A stretch of DNA of 64,000 nt from assembly GCF_009914755.1 (NCBI RefSeq), contig NC_060931.1. One strand, written 5' to 3'. Source of the stretch: the human T2T-CHM13v2.0 reference genome, Homo sapiens. Made by a program: the position numbers and the translations under genes. The notes under the pieces were generated by a model. The model saw nothing but the letters and a program-made list of their open reading frames with translations. It ran no database searches and had not been told where the DNA came from. Positions 52,993-64,000 of this stretch are shown piece after piece. Numbering within the stretch: the first letter of the stretch is position 1; each line of letters opens with the position of its first letter.

Positions 52993-54594
52993 AGCCGCGG
53001 CGGCGGGGACAAAAATCCTCGGCGGCGGTGGCAAAAAGTCACGGTGGCAAAAAGTGGCGGCGACAGGGGCAAAAACTCGCGGCGGCAAAAAGCCGTGGCG
53101 GCGGGGACAAAAAGCCGCTGCGGCGGGGGCAAAAAGTGGCGGTGACAGTGCCTAAAAGTCGCGGCTGCAAAAAGCCGCAGTGGCGGGGGCAAAAAGTCAC
53201 GGCGGGGAAAAAGTCGCGGCGGCGGGGCGGCAAAAAGCCGCGACAGCGGGGGGCAAAAAGCCCTGCCGGGGAAAAAGCCGCGGAAGCCGGGGGCAAAAAG
53301 CCCCGGCGGGTAAAAACCCACGGCGGCGGTGGGGCAAAAAGCAGCGGCGGCGGCCGGGGGAGCAGAAAGCCGCGGCGGCAAAAAGCCGCGGCGGGCAAAA
53401 AGCCCCGGCGGGTAAAAAGCCCCGGCGGGTAAAAAGCCGCGGCGGGCAAAAAGCCGCGATGGCAAAAAGCCACGGCAGCAGGGGTGCAAAAAGCTGTGGC
53501 GGCGGTGGGGCAAAAAGATGGGTCGGGAAAAAGCCGCGGCGGCGGCGGGGGGCAAAAAGCCGCAGCGGCGGAGGGCAAAAAGTCGCGGCGGTGGGGGACA
53601 AATAGCCGCGGCGGGCAAAAAGCCGAGGCAGGGTGGGGGCAAAAAGCCGCGGCGGCGGGTGGGAGCAGAAAGCCGCGGAGGGCAAAAAGCCGAGGCGGGG
53701 TGGGGGCAAAAACCGCGGCGGCGGTGGGGCAGAAAGCCGCGGCAGGCAAAAAGCCACGGCGCAGGGGTGGAAAAAACCCGGGGTGCTGAACAACTCGTGG
53801 CGGCGGGGGGACAAATAGCCAGGGCGGGCAAAAAGCTGCAGTGCCAGGGGGTCAAAAAGCCGCGGCGGCGGGGGTGCAAAAAGCCGCAGCGGACAAATAA
53901 CCGCGGCATGGGTGGAGGCAAAAAGCCGCGGTGTGCAAAAACCCGCGGCGCCGTGGGCGGGGCAAAAAGCCGCGGCAACGGGGGGGCAAAAAGCTGCTGC
54001 GGCGGGGGCGCAAAAAGCCGCGGCGGAAAAAAAATGCCGTGGCAGCGGGGAGCAAAAAGCCGCCGCGGGTAAAAAGTCCCTGCGGCAGGGGTCAAAAAGC
54101 CGCGGTGGGGGATAAAAAGCGGCAGCAGGCAAAAAGCCGCGGCGGGGGTGGGCAAAAGCCACGGTGGGCAAAAACCCGCGGCGTCGAGGGGGCACAAAGC
54201 CTGGGTGGACAAAAAGGCAAGGCGGAGTGGGGGCAAAAAGCCGCGGCGGCAGTGGGGCAAAAAGCCACGTTGGCGAGGTTTAAAAAGCCACAGCGGGCAA
54301 AAAGTCACGGCAGCGGGGGACAAAAAGCGGCGGCGGCGGTGGCTAAAAAGCCTTGGCGGGCAAAAAGCGGCGGCGGCGGGTGGGGGGCAGAAAGCTGCGT
54401 CCGGCAAAAAGCCTAGGCGGGGTTGGGGCAAAAAGCCGCGGCAGGCAAAAAGCGGAGGTGGGGTGGGGGTAAAAAGCCATGGCGGCGGGGCGGGAAAAAG
54501 CCGCGGCGGCAGGGGGGGGCAAAAAGCCGCGGCGGCTGGGGGGAGAAAGCCGCGGCGGCGGGAGAGCAAAAAGACTCGGCGGCGGAGGGCAAAA
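52993..54594 (+). repeat. CpG-rich GGGCAAAAAGCCGCGGCGGC-type tandem array A (units ~16-23 bp)
   Basis: Repeating gcaaaaagccgcggcggcgggg with A4-6 tracts between G/CGG-rich spacers. This is a known type of pericentromeric GC-rich repeat. Confidence 0.93.
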
Positions 54595-55891
54595 TAATGG
54601 AGAGGGGGTAGTAGGCCAGCACTGCTTGGCATTGCTGGAGTGTGATGTGATAGGAAATGTGTAGCCAAAGACAAAAAAAGATGTAAGTAGGCTTGACTCA
54701 TTGCAGCTAAGAACCCAGATGTTATCTTGAGGTTTTTAACTAATAAGCAGTTTAAATCAGAATGGCACATTCTGATTTGTTTTTTGTATGTTCACATTTG
54801 GCAGGTATAGATACTGTTTGAAGAGAGAAAAGTCAGTAGAGAGAGGTAACAAAATTAAATATGTGCCAAGTCTAGAAACAAGAGACCAGGGGGATAAGGA
54901 CCTTTCGAAATAAAATGCAAGATTTGAAAACTGATTGGCTGGGGGATGAGGAAAAGGCAGGTCTTTAAGATCAATCCCTGTTTTGCTTTAAGTTGTTAGG
55001 GGGTGGTTTTATCACATGTTGTAGAATATGTCATTTCAGTTTTGAACATCTTGAGTTAAATTGTCCTAACATATCTTATGAATTTGATTTTATTCCCTGG
55101 GAAGCTAATATTTCAAACACTTACAGAGTATATAGATTTCCAACTTGTATCCAATTTATAAAACTATCTCTAGGCTGCTGATTTCAGGAGGAGGCTCATG
55201 AATATTCTCTTTGCAGAGAATATATCAGGAGTTAACAACAGCTTCAATATTTGTGGACGACCAGTTAACTAAGCCACCTCTTAGTGTCTTTACTTGGGAA
55301 ATCTTAGCTGAAGATATTCAATAATGAACCAAGAGTGACTAAAAATTCAATATTTAAGTATATTTCATTGTAATTAATTTGAATTGAAGTAGCCATATAC
55401 AGCTAGTATTTACTACATTGAACAATACAAATAAGAGGAAAAAATTAATAACCATCTCTAATTCAGACTCCAGGTCTGAATCCGAACTCAGTTCTCCTTT
55501 GATATCCACACTTTGTTAATTTTCCTTAACAGGGGTTCCTGGCAAGTCATTTCTCCCTCAGGCCTTCGTTTTCCTCACCTACAAGATGAGAAGGCTGCAC
55601 CAGATGGAAATTCGGGGCGTAAGGGGAGGTCCGCACACAGCCCACCCCGCCCACGGGCCCCTGGAGCCTCCATCACAGTTCCCAACACGCACCCACCCCA
55701 CAAATACTGCCCAAGGTGAGGGCTTGTCCCGGGTCCTCTGGCTGCCGCATCAGCGAGTGCAGGAGGGAGGGGAAGCCTCCAAGGGGGTGACGCAGGCTCA
55801 AGGATGCAACTCGGCCAGGAGTGAACTGGGACCCCAAAGGGAGATGTCCAGTCCGGTGCTGGAGCCCAGCCCTGGTCCACGACCACCTTAC

Positions 55892-56124
55892 CTGCACGGT
55901 CCGTATCTCCTGCTTCGTGAGGTCCTTGGACACAGCGCACTTGGTGCGCAACCTGCGCAGGCTGCCAACGGAGATGCCGATGAGCTTCTGGAGCTGCCCG
56001 CACTGCTGCAGCACCCGGCTGGCTGCAGCCCCTGCGCCTCCCTCCGGGATAGCCGCGTCACCCCCTCCACCTCTCTCTCCTTCTTCTCTCCCATCGGGGC
56101 CGAGCGCAGCGCCGCTGTATGCAG
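55892..56124 (-). pseudogene. KSR1P: Unprocessed KSR1 exon-1 copy B; frameshifted (+2), splice donor intact
   Basis: (L)[15 protein letters not shown], then a +2 GA slip, then ...[44 protein letters not shown]|gtaagg. Length is 233 nt versus 231 expected for 77 codons. Confidence 0.92.
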
Positions 56125-56276
56125 GCTTCAGCGGCCCAGGAACAGAGCCTGGGGCACGGGTGTCTAGGCAAGGAACCCCGGAACCGGGAGAGCTGGACCA
56201 GGAGTGACCCTCTGCGCTGCATTAGCCAGGAAGCTGGTAGATCTGGCAGCCGAGTCTGCCGATCCCGCCCTCAGAC

Positions 56277-57690
56277 CCGCGGCGGTGGGAGCAAAAATCC
56301 ACGGCTGTGGGGGCAAAAACCCATGATGGCGAGGTGAAAAAGCCGCAGCAGTAAAAACCTGTGGCGGCGGGAGTAAAAAGCCACGTCGGCAAAAAGCTGC
56401 GGCGGTGGGGAAAAAGCCGCGGTGATGAGGGCAAAAAGCCACGGCAGCGGAGGCAAAAAGCTGCAAAAAGCCGCGGCGGCGGGCGCAAAATGCCGCAACG
56501 GTGGGGACAAAAAGCCGGGGCAGTTGGGGAAAAAGCCGGGGAAACGGGGGCAACAAGCCATGGCGGCGGGGACAACAAGCCACGGAGGCCGAGGCAAACA
56601 GCGCGGCAACAAAAAGTTGTGGTGGCGGGGGCAAAAAGCCGCGGTGACGGGGGCAAAAAGCCGTAAAAAGCCGCAGCGTCATGGGCAGAAAGCCGCGACG
56701 GCTGGGGCAAGAAGCCGCGGTGGCAGGGTAAGAAGCCACGGCGGCAAAAAGATGCGGCGGCGGGGGGCAAAAAGGCGCGGCGGGGGCAAAAGGGGGCGGC
56801 GGCGGCAAAAAGCCTCAAGAAGCCGCAGCGTCCGGTGCCAAAATCCGCAAAAAGCCGCGGCGGAGGGGGTAAAAATCCGGAAAAAGCCGCGGCAAAGGGG
56901 GCAAAAAGCAGGGGCGGCAAAAAGCCATGACGGCGGGGACATGAAGCCGCAAAAACGCTAGGCGGCAGGGGCAAAAACCCGTGGCGGCGGGGGCAAAAAT
57001 CGGCTGGGGTGATAAAAAGTCGCGGCGGCGGGGGCAAAAAGCTGCAGTGGCGGGGGCAAAAAGCCGCAAAAAACCCTGGCAGTGGGGGCAAGAAGCCGCG
57101 GTAGGAAAAACCTGCGGCGGCAGGCGAAAAAAGCCGCGGTGGAGGTGGCGAAAATGCGTGAAAAGCCGCGGTGGCGGGGGCCAAAACCCGCGGCGGCAAA
57201 AAGCCACAACAAGCCGTGGCGGCGGGGCAAGAAGCCGCGGCGGGAAAAACCTGAGGCGGCGGGGGGAGAAAAGCAGTAAAAAGCCGCGGCGCCGGGGGCC
57301 AAAAGCCATAAAAAGCCGCGGCGGCGGATACAAAAAACCACGGCAGAAAAATTCACGGTGGCGGGGGCAAAAAGCTGCGGCAGCAGGGGGAAAATAGCCG
57401 CAAAAAGCCGCCGCGACGAGGGTAAAACTCCGTGGCTTCAGGGGCAAAAAGCCGCGATGGCGGGGGAAGAAAGACGCAAAAAGCTGCGGCGGCAAAAAGC
57501 CGCGGCGGCGGTGGGGGCAAAAAGCCCCAAAAAGCCGCGGCAGCAGGGGCTAAATTCCGCGAGGCCGGGGGCAGAAAGCCGCGGCAGCGGGGGCAGAAAG
57601 CAATGGCGGCGGGGGCATAAAGCCGCAAAAACCCGCAGCGGCGGGGTCAAAAATACACGGCAGCAAAAAGCCGCGTCTGCTGGGGCAAAA
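56277..57690 (+). repeat. CpG-rich GGGCAAAAAGCCGCGGCGGC-type tandem array B
   Basis: Same motif as array A, with extra short caaaaagccg/caaaaagctg sub-units. Confidence 0.93.
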
Positions 57691-57836
57691 TAGTCGAAAT
57701 GGGGTAGAAGGCCAGCACAGCTTGGCATTCCTGGAGTGTGATGTGGAAGGAAAAGTGCAGAGGAAGACAAACAAAGATGTAAGTAGGCTTGACTCAGTGC
57801 AGCTAAGAACCCACATGTTATCTTGATGTTATCTAT

Positions 57837-57964
57837 CAGCTAATTTTTTGTATTTTAGTAGAGAAGGGGTTTTACCACGTTGGCCAGGATGGTCTCGATC
57901 TCCTGACCTCATGATCCATGCACCTCAGCCTCCCAAAGTGGTGGGATTAGAGGCATGAGCCACA
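57837..57964 (-). mobile_element. Alu left arm only (AluSc/Y-like), truncated at the copy-B boundary
   Basis: Begins at the Alu middle A-rich linker (cagctaattttttgtattttagtagag), then gccaggatggtctcgatctcctgacctcatgatcc. The right arm and tail are missing. Confidence 0.85.
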
Positions 57965-57999
57965 GAGTGCTCAAAAAATCTATTAATTAAAAAATGTGT

Positions 58000-58325
58000 A
58001 TGTAGCCGTCTTTAATCTACCATGTCCATTAGCAGATAAATACTATAAGCAAAATAACAACAGTGAAAGAAACATAGACTTAGAGTAGATACTCTGATTT
58101 ATTTAATAAAAATTTGAAAATAGACCAAATTACTCTATGATAAAATTTGTTACTATTGAGGATGAGGGTTAGTGTTTGGAAAGGGGCAGGAGAAGTATCT
58201 CTATTTTTAGTAATGTTCTATTTTCATACATGGTTATAAGCAAATACATGTGTTTCATTAATGAAGCTATCCATATTTAATCATTGTACTTTTCTGCATG
58301 TATGATATATGTCAATAAATGTCTT
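58000..58325 (+). mobile_element. Old L1 (L1ME-like) 3' end
   Basis: ggaaaggggcaggaga...gtaatgttctatttt...tgtacttttctgcatgtatgatatatgtcaataaa. Confidence 0.55.
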
Positions 58326-59001
58326 AAATTATATACAGCAAAAATAGAAAAAAACACAAGAAGACATACACAAATGTTAAACCTAGAGAGAAATTTGAAT
58401 ATAAGTAAGTCTTTGAATGACTGATAGAACAAACCGAAAAATAGGATGGAGAGGTTTGGAACAGCATGATTAGCAAAATTGACATATCTGTCTTTTAATA
58501 TAGGTAGAAACATAGTTAGATAAAAAAAGGACTTGTCTCGGAGCATGATTTCTGAAAATAGTGGAATCGAGTTTGAATCTAGTAAGTACATATAAATAAA
58601 TGTCTTAAAACTCCTCTTATGTTAGCTAATTAAGAAATATTATTGTAATAGACATTAGAAAATATTTTAATAAATTGAGTGCATTTCACACGCTAAGGAA
58701 ATGATCTTACTTGCATTTGATAGTTCAACTAGATACATATATACCTATAGGTATTTTAAAATATTTCTAATAACCTTATATACTTTTAAAAAGCATTGAT
58801 ATATGTGTGCACTATCTGGTCTATAGAGTACACATACCAAACATGATTATAGCTCTTCTGCTATAAACTTCAAATGTCTAATTAATACAAAAATCTAGAA
58901 TGAGAAGAGTTCTTTGCAATTTTTTTTTTTTACCAAATAGAATATAGGAAAGATAGCTGCAAATATACCTGACACACTTAACTGTGAGTATGGTGGTAGC
59001 C

Positions 59002-59293
59002 TTTTTATTTTATTTTATTTTGAGAGAGGGTCTCACTTTGTCACCCAAGATGGAGTGCAGTCATGTGATCAGAGCTCACTGAAGCCTTCACATACTGTGT
59101 TCAAGCGATTCTCCCACCTCAGTCTCCTGAGTAGCAGGGACTGCAAGTGCATGACACCATACTAGCTAATTTTTGTAAAGATAGGGTTTCACCATGTTGC
59201 CCTGGCTGATCTCCATCTCCTGGACTCAAGAGATCTGGCCACCTTGGCCTCCCAAAGTGCTGGGATTATAGTTTTGGGGCACCGCGATCAGCC
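59002..59293 (-). mobile_element. AluJ (Jb-like)
   Basis: (TTTTA)n tail, gagagagggtctcactttgtcaccca, ctcctggactcaag, ccttggcctcccaaagtgctgggatta. Short TSD agcctt. Confidence 0.87.
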
Positions 59294-62200
59294 CAGCCTT
59301 CAAAAAGGCAGACTAGAGATCTTTATCTATGTATATCTATATGTATCTATAAAATAAACATATGTGTTCCTTATGTAAAAATATATATTATTAATATTAT
59401 ATAAAAATTTTTTTCGAGGTAGAAATATATAAAGAGGGTGCATGTAGAGCCTGGGTCATTGTGTAGTGAAGCTCAAGGCCTCTGAAGAAATGCCCCTTGC
59501 CTCTTGTGTCTGGGCTAGAATCTGAGAAGGGAAAGCAACAGATGCACTGGTTCCCAGGTTCTTGGCATCCTACAGAGAGAAACTTGTTTGAGCTAGGGTA
59601 GTGTTTAACACCCTTGTTCTTACACTTCTGTTTTATGTAGTAAGCAGAGACTAGCTTCATGAGAACAGACAGTGCCAGTCAAGGCTGTCTGTTATTTTGT
59701 GCAGCATTAATTGAGAAATTCTAGCTCCTGAAGACCTCTGGGCCATTTGAGGGTAGGTGCAGGGGAGGAAAGGGAAGATTGCATCCCTCCTGCTGTGGAG
59801 AGAACCCGTGGGAAGCACAGACCTTGTCCTAACTGAAGGCACACCACTTGCTAACCAGCTTCTCATCAGCCAACCCTGGATGAGTTTCCATGTCTATTTA
59901 CTATATAATCCTTATTGCTCTTCTTCATATGGGCAAAGTATGGTTTACAGGGAATATTGTTCCTTTGAGCACCCATCGTGGAAACCCCTTCCTGTCGTGG
60001 GAAAACAGGCTTCCATATGTGTCTTATTGGGAAACACATAGGCAGTTTCTGTTTTTACTGCATCTATTTCAGGGATATGGGAACTGAATAGTGCCCATCA
60101 AAGTCTCACCTGATGTTGGAAATTGATCTGAGAGCGCGGAAGGACAGAATTCTTTCTTTGTTCCTGGGCAGCGGTGGTTGAGGGATCATTTTGTGGCAGC
60201 TACAGTGGCAATGATGGAGACAGAATGGAGGGCTCAGTACCAAGACAAGGAGAGACTTGGCCTCACAATGGCAGCATTGCAGGGGTGCGCTCTACAGAGC
60301 ATTTGCTCACATGGTTTTGGGCATTGTCTCTAACTACATTGCTTCCCCAATAGGTTGACCCATTCTAACTAACTCCTTTTCTCTTTAAAAAGCAAACTTC
60401 ATTTGTATGACTTGCAATTGTAAACGACACCAATTGGCCAGTTATCGTTCAAATTCTCTGTTACTTAATCCTGGCTTTTCCTGACGTATGCAACTTTCAC
60501 CTAAAAAATTGGACACTTTGTTGCTTACTCATTGTCTTTACACATTTTAAAATGTTGCTTTGTGCCCCCAATCCCTAACTACATTTTCAATGTTTTGCAA
60601 GTGCAGTCCGTGTGTTCTTGATTTACATGAAGCTCAAAATAATGGGTATAGTAACTAGTACTTCATAATTAAGCAAGAAGCTCTTATTGAAAAATGACAG
60701 AACTATACATAGGGATGAGAACATGGAGAGATATTTCGTGAGATCACAAAGTTATGGTATGGCAGAAGTAGAACGCTGAGTAGAGACTCTGTGTTCCCAA
60801 TCATTATTTCTGCCACCAGCTTTCTATTTTGATGTTAATAATGTTCTTATGTGGGAAACCCTACATATTTGCCAATGTTTAGTTCATTGACAAAGAAATA
60901 GAAAGAGCTTCAAGAACACTCTAATCTTTAAAAAAATAAAATACCTATAATTGGCCATACGAAAAAAATTGGTACTTGACATATACTGAGATCGTTTTAT
61001 TTTGTGCTAGACAAATGAAGTCATAGAACAGAATGTGCTTTAAATATTATGAATAGTGCTTGCATGTGTGTGTGTCTATAGATGCATATTAGGCCGCTGA
61101 AAAGTTTTATTATTCTTTCCAGGAGAGAGACTGCCAACTTTTGAACCTAACTAGAACAAGTATATTGTTTCTTCATATTTTTATTAAGGCAAAGAGAGTC
61201 TAGTTAAAAATAATTCAAATTGTCGTGGAAATGCTATAAATTGCTGTGAAGTGAGTTGCTGGCTATGGCTTGTCAGAGCAAATATATTGTACAAACCTTA
61301 GGGGAGAATTAGTGCTTGTGCATTAAAATCAAATCATCTTGCAGCACACTGAGAAAAAGGTTAGATTTTTAAAATAATTTTAAAGTCATGAAAAGAGCAA
61401 ATATGCTCCACAAAGAGCCTAGCAACCCTCAATGACCAATGCCCGTTTTATGTAGTTTGGTATCTGAATTAGAATCCCAGAATCTACAAATTCCTCTGCG
61501 TGTGGGTGCTGCATTTGAGGATTTTATAACACTGCCATCACCAAGCTCTCTTTTGATATTCACTTTAAGGAGATAATTTACGGGCAACCAGAGAGCATAA
61601 ACCAAAGTAGATATCTATCTAGATAGCTAGATACATCTCCATATGATTGACAGGATACATTCTGGCCGAGTGTGAGTACAACCTATGGATGTGGTTGGAG
61701 AGAAAAGTGTTCCACCTGAATGGCAGATCAGGATTATTCCTTCTCATCTGCTGCAATGGCTCAATGTGTTAAGGAGAGGAGCGAGACAGCAAGAACCGCA
61801 TTCATTCAGTCATACAGACCAAAAGGAGGAATGTCGCCCAGCCCTCTAAACTGACCCAGAACCCAGCTCATGTCTCAACTGCTACCTCTCCTACTTAGAA
61901 AGAAGTAACTCCACCAAAGCAGGGTTCTGGACAAATATATTTTTATTGATCATATACAAATAGATGAAGATGGACTTGGATGTTAAGAAAAATAATACTA
62001 TACAAAATCGAGAGTAGACACAGTCGCCCCTAGACTTAAATTAAGGGTGTGTACATTAGATAATTTAATCCAATGTGTCAGGTAAAAACTTGAACAAACC
62101 TTTTGGCCTCTCCCTTAAAATTCAGGGAAGCATGTCCTCCAAAAAACAGAATCAAAATATAAATAAAAGACTGGCTTAAGATGAAAGGAAACCTTACAAA

Positions 62201-63166
62201 TGAAAAGAAGCCAGATGAGAGGCACTTAACTGAGAATGAAAAGAAACTGAATGGACAAAATAATTATGAGAAGATGAACCTTCAAATCAGAAAGAGGGCA
62301 AACAGCTTATTTGATACTATGGGAACTCAAAAGAGAGTGAACACAAATGTGAAAATTCCAGGAGTAAAGAAAAGTAGCATAGCTAAATGAAGAGCATGAG
62401 AAAATGTATACAATTTTGAGTAATAAGAACAGAAATCAAAAGTAACTATTGTATGTTATATTTTAGTAGAGCAACACTGAAGAAGAATGAAAACAAGAAA
62501 TAATATTAAATATGAACATATGGAGGACAGAATAATATTTTTAAAATTTTTAGTTTCTAAGCTTCTCTGAAATTTTGATTTTGTTTTCTTATGTAATACC
62601 AGAGTTATTAGGAAGGTATTATCTAATAACACTATTTTCAGTGATATTTTAAGTAGTTGTCCTAGAAAAATTTTATTTTTTAAAAATGTATATTTAAAAA
62701 TACATTAAATGTGTATATACCTCATATGTTTCGATTTCTATTTTTCTTGAATTGCAAATGAAATTTGTATTTTTGTGTTCCTGGAACAAAATAAACTTGA
62801 ATGGATTGTAATATGTTATTCATGCTGTAATTCAATGTATTTGAATACTTTAAAAATGCTACATTTATAGTTAACAGATACTGACCTATAAATTTTCTGT
62901 CTTATAATGATGCTGTGAGACAATCTAAGAAGAATTAAAATTTAAATTCATGTATTCCTACTTTTTTCTCTGTTCTCTAACTGTAATGTATTTTAATTAC
63001 AGATGGAGGAACAGATAGATGTTAGATAAATAGATATATAATAGATAGATCATCCAAAATTCTTATTCTTATGGTTTTATGTAGTCAGTATTTACCTCTA
63101 TTTTTCTACATGTTTATCCTTCCAATTTAGTTCATTACTTCCTGCACCTTTGATGTCATATATATA

Positions 63167-63900
63167 AACAGGAAACAACACATGGTGGCCGGGATGTAGA
63201 GAGGGCCACAGGAATTGTGAATAAAATCCACAGGCAAGGATGTGGCGATTCATTTTGCAATATTGGAGGGAATGCCAAACCCTATGTTTGCTGTGGAAAA
63301 GAGTATGGTAGTTCCTCAAAACATCAAAATGGTATTGCCTTATGATTCGGCAGCCCCACATCTCAAGATAGCAAAAGAATTCAAAGCAGAGTCTTGAAAA
63401 AATATTTGCACATCCATGTTTGCAGCACCATTATTGGCAATAGCTAAAACGTAGAAGCAATTGAAGTGTTCAACAACAGATGAATGGATAAGCAAAACAT
63501 GATACATACATACAATGGAAAATTATTCAGCCTTAATCATGAGGGAAATATACTGACATATATTGCAACTTGGATGAAACTTGAGGATATTATGCCAAGT
63601 GAAATAAGTTAGTCAGTGAAGGACAAATACAGTATAATTCCATTTGTATAAGAGACTTAAAAGGGACAGAATCACAGAGATACTAAAACGATGATTGCCA
63701 GAAGCTGGGGAGAGGAAGACATGGGGAAATACTGTTTAATGGGTATAGAGTTTCAGTTTCACAAGTTGAAACGAGTTATGGAGATGGGTGGTAGTGATGG
63801 CTGCACAATGTTATGACTCTAGTACCACTGAACTGTACACTTAAAATGGTTAACAGAGTACATTTTATGTTATGTGTATTTTACCACAATAAAAAAATAA
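63167..63900 (+). mobile_element. L1MB-type 3' end (ORF2 C-terminus and 3' UTR)
   Basis: cagatgaatggataagcaaaa, ggatgaaacttgaggatattatgccaagtgaaataag, tgtttaatgggtatagagtttcagttt, ccactgaactgtacacttaaaatggttaa, ttttaccacaataaaaaaa. Confidence 0.88.
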
Positions 63901-64000
63901 ACTACCTTAGGAACATTTTCCTGAAAGAGTCCACATAAAATTCATTTTAATGCATGTGTTTATGCATAGCTTTCTATTTTTCTCTTTTCTATTTATATTC

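Larger units (their letters stand above)
52300..54600. promoter_or_regulatory. CpG island-like region spanning KSR1 pseudo-exon A and GC array A (equivalent at ~55600-57690)
   Basis: Very high GC and CpG density (ccgcgg, gcggcg) against an AT-rich, CpG-poor background; GC box ccgccc at ~52983 and ~56265. Promoter activity is not demonstrated. Confidence 0.6.
52183..57830. repeat. Diverged direct tandem duplication, ~3.3-kb period (MIR-KSR1 exon 1-GC array-flank, two copies)
   Basis: Copy A is ~52183-54735 and copy B ~55468-57830. Shared anchors are ccacactttgttaattttccttaacaggggttcctggcaagtca, cgggtcctctggctgccgcatcagcgagtgcagga and gatgtaagtaggcttgactca. Confidence 0.92.

Noticed and set aside
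52993-54594. PRDM9 hotspot motif array
   Set aside because: The unit CCCCGCCGCCGCGGCTTTTTG does not fit the CCNCCNTNNCCNC pattern; the resemblance is only GC richness.
52989-54770. 593-aa Pro/Arg/Phe ORF and overlapping Lys/Ala/Gly-rich, histone-H1-like ORFs (also 56164-57816)
   Set aside because: These are translations of the GC array, open in most frames on both strands, and the frames are not conserved between arrays A and B.
52615-56124. Functional KSR1 gene or processed retrocopy
   Set aside because: Only exon 1 is present, twice. The first ATG is lost, one copy is frameshifted, the intron donor is retained, and no downstream KSR1 exons were recognised before the satellite.
52993-57690. 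CRISPR-like repeat-spacer array
   Set aside because: There are no unique spacers of constant length and no cas genes; the context is primate genomic DNA with Alu and L1.
59430-60100. Possible old LTR or exon-bearing unique segment
   Set aside because: I could not assign a family or consistent splice and coding signals by eye; it needs RepeatMasker/BLAST.
61605-61640. Short palindromic agatatctatctagatagctagatacatct stretch
   Set aside because: A degenerate GATA/TATC microsatellite, too short and imperfect to imply function.
62181-62390. 69-aa Lys/Glu/Asn-rich ORF with ATG
   Set aside because: A-rich low-complexity sequence, possibly degraded L1, with no recognisable domain or splice context.

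Overview
This is primate, most likely human, pericentromeric or juxtacentromeric DNA. It is not microbial, and I can support no intact protein-coding gene. (1) 1-32426: classical satellite, mainly a highly diverged, CpG-decayed HSat2/HSATII array (CATTC-GATTC pentamers with GAT/GATGAT spacers). Its distal ~2.4 kb is rearranged into alternating orientations with a ~300-bp HSat3-type (CATTC)n island. (2) 32427-48530: AT-rich block of old L1, ERVL/MaLR LTRs, Tigger and Alu elements. (3) 48531-49824: ~1.3-kb nearly G-free (CATTT/CAT)n array. (4) 49825-57830: two tandem, diverged copies (~3.3-kb period) of a module on the minus strand. Each has an unprocessed KSR1 exon-1 pseudo-exon with an intact splice donor, fused to a 1.4-1.6-kb CpG-rich (GCAAAAAGCCGCGGCGGCGGGG)n array. 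(5) 57837-64000: more Alu/L1-rich sequence. The best candidate for an under-described system is the KSR1-exon-1/GC-array module. It has splice donors pointing outward on both sides of each CpG-rich array, and copy A keeps an open frame that could give a KSR1 N-terminal micro-protein or a satellite-directed lncRNA. That functional reading is inference only. Almost all ORFs in the supplied track are repeat artefacts. Repeat subfamily calls and the KSR1 comparison come from remembered consensus sequences and need RepeatMasker/BLAST confirmation.
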